From assembly GCA_002697475.1 (NCBI GenBank), contig NZVW01000073.1, positions 1-39,724 on the forward strand: DNA of 39,724 nt, read 5' to 3'. Below are positions 28,288-36,496 of this stretch, one piece after another (position 1 is the stretch's first letter; each line of letters opens with the position of its first letter). Position numbers and translations under genes: made by a program. Below the pieces are notes generated by a model. The model was not told the origin of the DNA and did no database searches. It worked only from the letters and a program-made list of their open reading frames with translations. The DNA comes from Aquimarina sp. Its GTDB lineage: Bacteria; Bacteroidota; Bacteroidia; Flavobacteriales; Flavobacteriaceae.

Positions 28288-31200
28288 ATGTCTGATAAAA
28301 AATACATTATAGCCTTTGATCAGGGCACAACAAGTACCAGAGCAATCATCTTTAACACTGCCGGAGAGATTTGTGGAATTACCCAAAAAGAGTTGGATCA
28401 GATATATCCTAAAAATGGCTGGGTAGAACACAATCCTGAACAAATTTATACCCAACAGCAAGAGGTTTTTGAAAAGGTAATTAAGGAATCAGGGATTGGT
28501 GTGGATAAAATCGCAGCAATAGGCATTACAAATCAACGTGAAACTACAGTCGTTTGGAATAAAAACACTGGCAAACCTATTTATAACGCTATAGTATGGT
28601 TGGATAAAAGAACAAAATCCATCTGTGCCGATCTTAAAAAAAAGGGGTTAGATAATTATATTTCAGAAAATACGGGTCTGGTAATTGACTCCTATTTTTC
28701 AGGAACTAAATTAAAATGGATTCTGGATAATGTGGAAGGAGCCAGAGAGCAGGCAGATAAAGGCGAACTATTATTCGGAACAATTGATACATGGTTGATA
28801 TGGAATTTTACGAATGGGAAAAAACACGTCACAGACCATTCTAACGCATCCAGAACGATGCTGTATAATATCAAGGAGTTACAATGGGATAAGAAATTAT
28901 TAAAGGAATTGGAGATCCCTGTCTCGATGTTGCCACAAGTGCAACCGTCGTCCTCTGATTTTGGAAAAATAAGCATTGAAAATCATGAGATATCCATTTA
29001 TGGAGTTGCCGGTGACCAGCAGGCAGCTTTATTAGGACAGGGAGGCCATAAAAAGGGAATTGCAAAAAACACGTATGGCACAGGATGTTTTATGTTGATG
29101 AATACGGGTAAGAAACGTTATACTTCAAAAAACGGGTTGCTTACGACCTTATGTGCCAGTTTTTCAGACGGTCCTATTCAATACGCTCTGGAAGGTAGTA
29201 TTTTTATAGGGGGTGCTTCTATTCAGTGGCTAAGGGATAAAATGAAAATAATTGATAATGCTTCTGAGACTGAGACTATTTGTCAATCTACAATTTTACC
29301 GGATGATTTATATGTAGTACCGGCTTTTGCAGGTTTAGGGGCTCCATATTGGGATATGGATGCTAAAGGTGCTGTGTACGGACTTACTCTGGATAGCGGT
29401 AAAAATGAAATTGTCAAAGCAACTGTAGATGCTTTAGCGTATCAGACCCGGGATGTGTTAGAGGCTATGACTGAAGATAGTGGACAATTGATGAAGGAGC
29501 TAAAAGTAGATGGCGGAGCGAGTGCTAACAACTATTTGATGCAGTTTCAGGCAGATATCTTAAATGTGGAAGTGGATAGACCTAAGGTTCTTGAGGTAAC
29601 CGCATTTGGAGCTGCTTTACTGGCAGGAATTAAAGCTGGAGTATGGTCTAAGGACGATATAACCTCTGTACGCAGTACAGATATCATATTTAAACCTCAA
29701 ATGAACGAGCATGATAGGTTTAGAAAATATAGAGGTTGGCAGCAAGCTGTGGAGGGTACTAAGACCGATACTATTAATAAGCTGTTTATAAAAGAGGATG
29801 GGTTAGTGCGATTTTCGGTTTTGGATCGCAAAACACAAATCAAACGAGCCAAAAAGAAGAAATATGATCTTGTAGTCATAGGAGGTGGCGTTACAGGAGC
29901 AGGAATAGCTTTAGATGCTGCTTCAAGGGGAATGAAAGTATGCCTGGTAGAAAAGAATGATTTCGCTTCCGGAACCAGTAATAAATCTACTAAATTGATT
30001 CATGGAGGGTTACGGTATTTAAAACAATTTGAAATAGGTTTAGTAAAGGAAACAGGACTTGAACGTGCCATTGTGCATAAGCTGGCCCCTCATTTGGTCA
30101 TTCCTGAAAAGATGTTGTTACCCATTATTGAAGGAGGTAATTATGGAAAATTGATGGCTTCCTTTGGATTAAAGGTCTATGATCTTTTAGCTAATGTTGA
30201 AGATGATGATAGGCGCCGTATGTTAAGTAAGGACGAAACTTTGGATAAAGAACCTTTATTAAATGATGACAATTTATTAGGAGCTGGTTTTTATGCTGAA
30301 TATCGTACAGATGATGCAAGGTTGACTATTGAATTGTTAAAAAAGGCAAACGAATATGGTGCTAACTGTATTAATTATTGTGAGATGAAATCTTTTGTAT
30401 ATAATGATAAAGGCAAAATTGAAAACTTACTTTGTTTAGACCATAATACTGGCGAGGAATTTACCATAACTTCCAGAAATTTTGTTTCTGCAGCAGGACC
30501 CTGGGTTGACGTTTTGAGAGAACAAGATCGCTCAATGAATAAAAAACATTTGCATCTCACTAAGGGTGTCCATATCGTGTTTTCCAGAGAGCGTTTTCCA
30601 CTATCACAATCTATTTACTTTGATGTAGCCGACGGTAGAATGGTTTTTGCAATACCTCGTGGTAGGAGCACCTATGTAGGAACTACGGATACTAATTATA
30701 ATGCTGACCTTAATCGTGTCGTAGCTACGAAGGAAGATGCCATGTATCTTCTCAATGCTGTAAACCATATGTTTCCGGAAATAAAACTTACGATACACGA
30801 TATAGAGTCCAATTGGGCAGGACTACGACCTTTAATTCACGAGGATGGGAAATCTCCATCTGAATTATCCAGAAAAGATGAAATTTTTCAGTCAAAAAGT
30901 GGTCTGATATCGATAGCCGGAGGTAAGTTGACGGGGTATCGTAAAATGTCTCAACGGGTAATCGACGTGGTGCTAAAGACCATGAATAGTAAAAGAAGAG
31001 AAAAGTTTAAGACTTCTGTGACTAAAACCTTACCACTAGCCAGTGAAGCTTTGATTGATGATGAAGGAATAAAACAGTATAAAAAAGATGTATCTGATAG
31101 ATTAAAAAGTAAAGGTGTTGAAGATAAATTCCATGCGGATTATCTTGTGGCAAACTATGGGACGCAAACAGAGTTTATTTTGAATAAGATCAACTATTTT

Positions 31201-31470
31201 CTGAATGATGATATCGAGGAAAGATTGATTCGATCAGAGTTATGGTATACCGTTAATTACGAAATGGTAAACGGGTTATCTGACTTTTTTGTCAGAAGAA
31301 CTGGGAGGTTATATTTTTACATCGATAGCGTACAAAAATATAGAAATATCATAGAAAAAGACTTTATCAAATATTTAGGTTGGGACGTAAAAAGACTAAA
31401 TCACGAAAATGAATATCTGGATATGCTGCTTAAAGATGCAACTACCTATTATGAGAGTGAATTTGTTTAG
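28288..31470 (+). CDS. glpK-glpD: Fused glycerol kinase / FAD-dependent glycerol-3-phosphate dehydrogenase (GlpK-GlpD)
   Basis: The N-terminal half has DQGTTSTR, GITNQRET, YFSGTK, GDQQAAL, KNTYGTG and DGGA. The C-terminal half has GGGVTGAG, GTSNKSTKLIHGGLRYL, DDARL, WAGLRPL and GGKLTGYR. The 1060-aa frame is uninterrupted. Confidence 0.93.
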   Translation: MSDKKYIIAFDQGTTSTRAIIFNTAGEICGITQKELDQIYPKNGWVEHNPEQIYTQQQEVFEKVIKESGIGVDKIAAIGITNQRETTVVWNKNTGKPIYNAIVWLDKRTKSICADLKKKGLDNYISENTGLVIDSYFSGTKLKWILDNVEGAREQADKGELLFGTIDTWLIWNFTNGKKHVTDHSNASRTMLYNIKELQWDKKLLKELEIPVSMLPQVQPSSSDFGKISIENHEISIYGVAGDQQAALLGQGGHKKGIAKNTYGTGCFMLMNTGKKRYTSKNGLLTTLCASFSDGPIQYALEGSIFIGGASIQWLRDKMKIIDNASETETICQSTILPDDLYVVPAFAGLGAPYWDMDAKGAVYGLTLDSGKNEIVKATVDALAYQTRDVLEAMTEDSGQLMKELKVDGGASANNYLMQFQADILNVEVDRPKVLEVTAFGAALLAGIKAGVWSKDDITSVRSTDIIFKPQMNEHDRFRKYRGWQQAVEGTKTDTINKLFIKEDGLVRFSVLDRKTQIKRAKKKKYDLVVIGGGVTGAGIALDAASRGMKVCLVEKNDFASGTSNKSTKLIHGGLRYLKQFEIGLVKETGLERAIVHKLAPHLVIPEKMLLPIIEGGNYGKLMASFGLKVYDLLANVEDDDRRRMLSKDETLDKEPLLNDDNLLGAGFYAEYRTDDARLTIELLKKANEYGANCINYCEMKSFVYNDKGKIENLLCLDHNTGEEFTITSRNFVSAAGPWVDVLREQDRSMNKKHLHLTKGVHIVFSRERFPLSQSIYFDVADGRMVFAIPRGRSTYVGTTDTNYNADLNRVVATKEDAMYLLNAVNHMFPEIKLTIHDIESNWAGLRPLIHEDGKSPSELSRKDEIFQSKSGLISIAGGKLTGYRKMSQRVIDVVLKTMNSKRREKFKTSVTKTLPLASEALIDDEGIKQYKKDVSDRLKSKGVEDKFHADYLVANYGTQTEFILNKINYFLNDDIEERLIRSELWYTVNYEMVNGLSDFFVRRTGRLYFYIDSVQKYRNIIEKDFIKYLGWDVKRLNHENEYLDMLLKDATTYYESEFV

Positions 31471-32333
31471 AATCGCCCTACAACACCAAGTTGTCCTGCA
31501 CCAAGCTTAAGATCCCATGATATTTTCGTCTTTTTTTCATCATAAGAATAGCGCTCATTCTTTTTAAGATAATTATCAATACCATCAACAATGACAACAC
31601 TGAGTGCAACACCTAAAACAACATCAGTTAGCCAATGTGCTCCAGTCCACATGCGGCTTACCGGTGTAATAAGACCTAAAGCATATAATCCACCCTTGAT
31701 ATAGGGGCTTTTAAATTGTTTACCTATAGCATACATTGTAGTAAAAGACAATATAGCGTGTCCTGATGGAAAAGAGTGATATCCAGCTTCGTTAGACCAA
31801 AATCTAAAACTTAAGTTACCTTCACCTACATCAGGTCTTGCTCGACCCACAAGAGTTTTACTCAGTGTCTGAAGTAACCCTCCGGCTGTGGCTGAAGCAA
31901 TTAAAAGTACTCCTGTCTTCCTTATTTTTTCATTTTTAGTAAATAATCCTATACTATAAATTCCCGTAGTGAGACCGTAATTAAAAAGAGGTTTCCCAAA
32001 TCGAAATCCAACTTCCTGAAGAAATGGTGGTACGTCTTCTCCTTGATCTGTGAAATATTCATTTGCAGGCTCATCAACTGTAAGCAAAAGAGCACTACCT
32101 GCTACTATACCACCAAAAAGGGCCCAATCTTTCCCTTTCCATCTAATTGGCTGCGTATATGCATTGGTTACACCGCCATAAATGGAAGCACCGTCGTGCT
32201 TTAACATTTGCCAGGTGGTCATTTTCTCTTTAGTGCCCAGAGTATCCACTTCTATTTGATCATTTTGTGCATGGGATATTAAAGCAAAAAAGAATAACAA
32301 AGTCAAGTTTAATAGGAGCGTGATTTTTTTCAT
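31467..32333 (-). CDS. PAP2 family phosphatase
   Basis: Motifs KTLVGRARP, SFPSGH and SRMWTGAHWLTDV, with a signal peptide and hydrophobic segments. Confidence 0.9.
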   Translation of the reverse strand: MKKITLLLNLTLLFFFALISHAQNDQIEVDTLGTKEKMTTWQMLKHDGASIYGGVTNAYTQPIRWKGKDWALFGGIVAGSALLLTVDEPANEYFTDQGEDVPPFLQEVGFRFGKPLFNYGLTTGIYSIGLFTKNEKIRKTGVLLIASATAGGLLQTLSKTLVGRARPDVGEGNLSFRFWSNEAGYHSFPSGHAILSFTTMYAIGKQFKSPYIKGGLYALGLITPVSRMWTGAHWLTDVVLGVALSVVIVDGIDNYLKKNERYSYDEKKTKISWDLKLGAGQLGVVGRF

Positions 32334-32623
32334 ATGGAAATAGTATCCGACAAAAATAAGAACTAAAAGCTTAATAAAAATATAATTTAGGATCTATACA
32401 GTTATACCTAGAAGGAATGCTAAACATCTTGAGTGAAGAGTTAAAAGTTTTTAAACGTATAGCTTCGCCCATAGGAAAATAAGGTTATTGAGATGTTTTA
32501 GCATTTAACCTCGGATAAATAATTCAAAGAGATTGAATAAAAGGCATAGTTAAATATTTACAAAACTTCAGTAAGTAAAACCTTTTTGATATAGCCTTTT
32601 CTTAATTTAATGAAAAAAATAGG

Positions 32624-33985
32624 ATGCAATTATTCAGTAAGATTAAGAAGGTAATTCACTTAATGAAGCAAGTGGATTTTGAAGAATTGTCGAAAATTTC
32701 TGAGAAAATTGATTTGTCAGAAATTATGAAAACAGTTGGAGAACTTAATGAGACACAACTTAATGGATTAATGAAAATGCTGACCGAGAAGCAAAAGAAA
32801 GGGCAGCATAAATTACCTCCGATAGATGGTGATTTTTATGATTACGACTTAAAGTTAAATCAAAAACACCGTGATATTCAAATGAAGGTTAGAAGCTTTA
32901 TGGAAAATGAAGTGGAGCCTATTGCGAATAAGTATTGGAATAAAGCCGAATTTCCTTTTGAAATCATACCCAAGCTTGCAGAACTAAATATTTGTGGAGT
33001 AGCCTATAAAGGATATGGCTGTCCTAATCTGCCTTTTATCATGGAAGGCATAATTGCAGAAGAAATAGCCCGGGTAGATGTATCTATATCTACATTTTTT
33101 GGAGTACATAGTGGTCTGGCTATGGGATCTATTTATTTATGTGGTAGTGAGGAACAAAAGCAAGAATGGCTCCCTAAAATGCAGAAACTGGAAACTATTG
33201 GAGCCTTTGGTCTTACAGAGCCAAATGTTGGTAGCGCTGTTGCAGGAGGTATGGAGACCACCTGTAGAATTGATGGAGATGAATGGGTTCTTAACGGGCA
33301 AAAAAAATGGATTGGTAATGCTACATTTTCAGACATAACAATTATTTGGGCAAGAGATGAAGCATCAAATCAGGTTAAAGGATTTATTGTTAAAACAGAT
33401 AATCCAGGATACAAAGCAGAAAAGATGGAGGATAAAATGGCCTTACGAACTGTACAAAATGCCATAATTACGTTAACCGACTGCAGAGTGCCTGAAAGTG
33501 ATCGTTTACAAAATGCCAATTCATTTAAGGATACTGCTAGAGTTCTTCGTATGACAAGAGCAGGTGTAGCATGGCAGGCTGTAGGATGCGCCAGAGGCGC
33601 TTATGAAAGTGCTTTAAAATATACTAAAAAAAGAGAGCAATTTGGTAAGCCAATCGCCAGGTTTCAGCTCGTACAGAACCATCTTGTAGAGATGCTTTCT
33701 AATCTCACGGCAATGAAAGCTATGGTATACAGGTTGTCAGAATTACAGGATCAGGGATTACTTACCGATGAGCACGCTTCGTTAGCGAAAGTTTTTTGTA
33801 CCATGAGAACCAGAGATGTAGTGAGTAGGGCCAGAGAGGTCATGGGAGGTAATGGAATTCTTTTAGAATATGATGTAGCCCGATTTGTAGCTGATGCAGA
33901 AGCCATTTATTCTTATGAAGGGACAAAAGAAATTAACTCTCTAATTGTAGGAAGAGCCATAACTGGTTATAGCGCCTTTGTTTGA
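32624..33985 (+). CDS. Acyl-CoA dehydrogenase (glutaryl-CoA dehydrogenase-like subgroup)
   Basis: Motifs FGLTEPNVGS, LNGQKKWIGN, REQFGKPIARFQLVQ, GGNG and YSYEGT. Confidence 0.9.
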   Translation: MQLFSKIKKVIHLMKQVDFEELSKISEKIDLSEIMKTVGELNETQLNGLMKMLTEKQKKGQHKLPPIDGDFYDYDLKLNQKHRDIQMKVRSFMENEVEPIANKYWNKAEFPFEIIPKLAELNICGVAYKGYGCPNLPFIMEGIIAEEIARVDVSISTFFGVHSGLAMGSIYLCGSEEQKQEWLPKMQKLETIGAFGLTEPNVGSAVAGGMETTCRIDGDEWVLNGQKKWIGNATFSDITIIWARDEASNQVKGFIVKTDNPGYKAEKMEDKMALRTVQNAIITLTDCRVPESDRLQNANSFKDTARVLRMTRAGVAWQAVGCARGAYESALKYTKKREQFGKPIARFQLVQNHLVEMLSNLTAMKAMVYRLSELQDQGLLTDEHASLAKVFCTMRTRDVVSRAREVMGGNGILLEYDVARFVADAEAIYSYEGTKEINSLIVGRAITGYSAFV

Positions 33986-34061
33986 TAGGATTAAAAATGG
34001 ATCATTCCTAAAAGTTGTGTTTGAATTGAGATAAGAATGTGATCTTTGCAAAAAAAAGATA

Positions 34062-34415
34062 TTGGATTCCTACATTGATTTATTAAAAGTTTTATTGCCT
34101 GAGATCTTGATTACGCATTTCGATATTGTAAATCACCAGACCAAGGATAATTTGCTTCATTTATATTTTGAAGAGAAGAAGGGTATTCCCAAAGAGTTTT
34201 TATCCGAGATTGTCATCTCTCACGGTTTTCATAAAGAGGTTACTATCCAGGATTTTCCTATTCGAGGCAAACAGGTTTATTTGCATATCAAACGTCGTAG
34301 ATGGCTCAATAAAACCAGTAAGACAGTAGTACAAAGAGATTGGGATTTAGTAGCACAGGGAACTCGTATGACCGTTGAGTTTGCTGCTTTTTTAAAAGTA
34401 CTTAATAACTACTAA
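34062..34415 (+). CDS. ISL3/ISAon1-type transposase N-terminal ORF
   Basis: Motifs 'IQDFPIRGKQVYLHIKRRRW' and 'GTRMTVEFAAFLK', located inside the IS ends. Confidence 0.8.
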   Translation: MDSYIDLLKVLLPEILITHFDIVNHQTKDNLLHLYFEEKKGIPKEFLSEIVISHGFHKEVTIQDFPIRGKQVYLHIKRRRWLNKTSKTVVQRDWDLVAQGTRMTVEFAAFLKVLNNY

Positions 34416-35386
34416 GGCTAATGATTGTCATACTATTGGTAGTTTTTATGGTGTTAACGGCAAGAAACTCCAGCGACAGTATAGAGATTACTTAAGTGAG
34501 TTCAAGGAATGGAAAGCAAAACCACACGCTAAAGAATGGTTGGTCTTTCCAGAGAATATGAGTAAATATCTATCTATTGATGAGACCGCACTATCTAGAG
34601 AACTCTATACTATTATTACCAATAAAAAAGCTAAAGGTAAGAAAGTGGCTATCGTAGCCATACTAGCAGGAACTAAAGCAGAGCCTATTATAGCACAACT
34701 GCTTAAGATCCCAAAATCACTTAGGAACAAAGTAAAAGAAGTGACTTTAGATATGGCACATTCAATGAAAATGATTGTAAAAAAGTGCTTCTCCAAAGCG
34801 ACAAAAGTGACCGATCGTTTTCACGTACAGAAACTAGCTTTAGAAGCCTTACAGGATATTAGAATCAAGCACCGACGGGGAAGCAATAGATTTAGAAAAT
34901 GAACAACTCAAACAGGCTAAGGGCAAACAAACAGAACACAAACCCGAAATATTATCCAATGGAGATACTAGAAAGCAACTTCTTGCAAGAAGTAGGTATC
35001 TGCTATATAAAGCACCTAATAATTGGACCCAAAACCAATACATACGATCTAAAATCCTCTTCGAACAATATCCAGACATCAAGAAAGCGTATGATCTAGT
35101 ACAAGGATTAAGAAACATATTCAATACGGCTACTTCTATACAAACTGCTTACACAAAACTAGCACATTGGTATAAAGATGTAGAGCAGACCGGATTTAAA
35201 GCATTCAATACAATAGCCAATACAATATCAATCAACTATAGGTCTATCTTAAACTATTTTATAAATCGGAGTACGAATGCTTCAGCGGAATCTTTTAATG
35301 CCAAAATCAAAGCATTTAGAGCACAGTTCAGAGGTGTCAAAAATGTAGAATTCTTTCTATTTAGATTAACAAGAATATTTGCTTAA
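34396..35386 (+). pseudogene. ISL3 DDE transposase catalytic part, frameshifted
   Basis: The frame opens at 34396 and contains LSIDET, TLDMA and DRFHVQKL. One extra base near GGGG (34877-34880) shifts the frame. The next frame reads EAIDLENE...NRSTNASAESFNAKIKAFRAQFRGV...RIFA to TAA at 35386. Confidence 0.85.
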
Positions 35387-35393
35387 ACACAAC

Positions 35394-35425
35394 AATTGAT
35401 CTTGATCCCAATTGATCTTGATCCC
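35394..35425. repeat. 16-bp perfect tandem duplication of the IS right tip (AATTGATCTTGATCCC x2)
   Basis: Read directly at 35394-35409 and 35410-35425. Confidence 0.9.
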
Positions 35426-35462
35426 TTAAAAATCGAGTAATTTATTAAAACACTAAAAAAAC

Positions 35463-35491
35463 AAAAAACCCGAACTGTTGTTCGGGTTTTT
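35463..35491. terminator. Bidirectional intrinsic terminator downstream of tRNA-Phe
   Basis: AAAAAACCCGAAC-TGTT-GTTCGGGTTTTT is a perfect stem with A and T tracts on both sides. Confidence 0.85.
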
Positions 35492-35495
35492 AAGG

Positions 35496-35568
35496 TGGTG
35501 CCTCCAGGAATCGAACCAGGGACACAAGGATTTTCAGTCCTTTGCTCTACCAACTGAGCTAAGGCACC
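35496..35568 (-). tRNA. trnF: tRNA-Phe (GAA)
   Basis: The reverse complement GGTGCCTTAGCTCAGTTGGTAGAGCAAAGGACTGAAAATCCTTGTGTCCCTGGTTCGATTCCTGGAGGCACCA forms a 73-nt cloverleaf with anticodon GAA. It is followed by CCT, so CCA is not fully encoded. Confidence 0.97.
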
Positions 35569-35601
35569 TTTTCGCCTATGCCTTTGAAGCGTTAGCGGGT
35601 G

Positions 35602-35632
35602 CAAATATAGAACGCTTTTTTTAATACGCAAA
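35602..35632 (-). promoter_or_regulatory. Bacteroidota primary-sigma promoter of tRNA-Phe
   Basis: On the minus strand, TTTG (35632-35629), a 19-nt spacer and TATATTTG (35609-35602) match the -33/-7 consensus TTTG / TAnnTTTG. Confidence 0.75.
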
Positions 35633-35657
35633 AGAAAATTTTAAAAAAATCGTTTTG

Positions 35658-35665
35658 TATTTTTG
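35658..35665 (+). promoter_or_regulatory. Possible -7 promoter element for the coaX operon
   Basis: TATTTTTG matches TAnnTTTG about 100 bp before coaX. No clear -33 element. Confidence 0.35.
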
Positions 35666-35761
35666 GCTTTTTGAGAATGAAAGATGGAATGATAAAGATA
35701 ATCAATGAAATACCTTCTTTATTACGCTTCATAAATCTTTTTCAATAGTAAAATCAATAAA

Positions 35762-36496
35762 ATGAATCTTGCAATAGATGTCGGTAACACAGATATAAAA
35801 CTTGGCGTTTTTGATAAAAACCACCTTATAGATAATTTTAGAACACGGTCTGAAGGATTATATAACCTGCTAAAAAGGATCATTGATGATTATAATAGTA
35901 TTGAAGCGGTAATTTTTTCTTCTGTGGGTAGTTTAGAAAAAAGTTGCTTGACTTTTTTAGAATCTGAAGACCTTTTGGTAATGGAATTGTCTCACGAATT
36001 AAACCTGCCATTTACTAACCTCTATAAAACGCCAACTACATTAGGAGTAGATAGGATAGCACTGGTTGCCGCAGCGGTATATAACTTTTCTGGTAAAAAC
36101 ACATTAATTATTGATGCGGGCACGTGTATTACTTATGATTTTAAAGATGTGGAAGAAAATTATCTGGGCGGGGCTATTTCTCCTGGTATAGGTTTAAGAT
36201 ATGCTTCATTACATAGTTATACCGCAAAATTACCCTTGTTAGATAAAAAATCACCAAATTCTCTAGTTGGAACTTCAACTGATGAAGCCATACACTCAGG
36301 TATAATTAATGGCATAATTAGCGAAATTGATGGAATTATAGAGCGATATTGCAACACTTATGATGATTTAACAGTTATTTTAACCGGTGGGGATGCACAT
36401 TTTTTGTCTAAAAGATTAAAAAATAGCATATTTGCCACCTCTAATTTTTTATTAGAGGGACTTAATTACATCTTAGGAATTAATAAAGATAAATGA
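35762..36496 (+). CDS. coaX: Type III pantothenate kinase
   Basis: Motifs IDVGNT, LGVDR, IDAGTCITYD, GGAISPG and LTGGDA. Confidence 0.95.
   Translation: MNLAIDVGNTDIKLGVFDKNHLIDNFRTRSEGLYNLLKRIIDDYNSIEAVIFSSVGSLEKSCLTFLESEDLLVMELSHELNLPFTNLYKTPTTLGVDRIALVAAAVYNFSGKNTLIIDAGTCITYDFKDVEENYLGGAISPGIGLRYASLHSYTAKLPLLDKKSPNSLVGTSTDEAIHSGIINGIISEIDGIIERYCNTYDDLTVILTGGDAHFLSKRLKNSIFATSNFLLEGLNYILGINKDK

Larger units (their letters stand above)
33999..35425 (+). mobile_element. ISL3-family (ISAon1-like) insertion sequence, decayed
   Basis: The left end GGATCATTCCTAAAAGTTGTGTTT (33999-34022) matches the right end AAACACAACAATTGATCTTGATCC (35385-35408) at 17/24 as an inverted repeat. The element is flanked by the 8-bp direct repeat TTAAAAAT (33991-33998 and 35426-35433) and contains transposase remnants. 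Confidence 0.9.

Noticed and set aside
2453-31470. One pathway linking the arsenosugar operon with GlpK-GlpD as supplier of the glycerol aglycone
   Set aside because: The loci are more than 21 kb apart on opposite strands, and the fusion would consume rather than release G3P. Proximity is the only support.
34899-35099. 66-aa ORF inside the IS
   Set aside because: It is in the wrong frame. The transposase C-terminus is in another frame that lacks its own start codon.
7137-35568. Genomic island integrated at tRNA-Phe
   Set aside because: No integrase is present, I saw no duplicate of the tRNA 3' end in the window, and there is no obvious compositional break. A larger island cannot be excluded.
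35383-35631. 82-aa minus-strand ORF
   Set aside because: It is a translation of tRNA-Phe, its terminator and the IS end.
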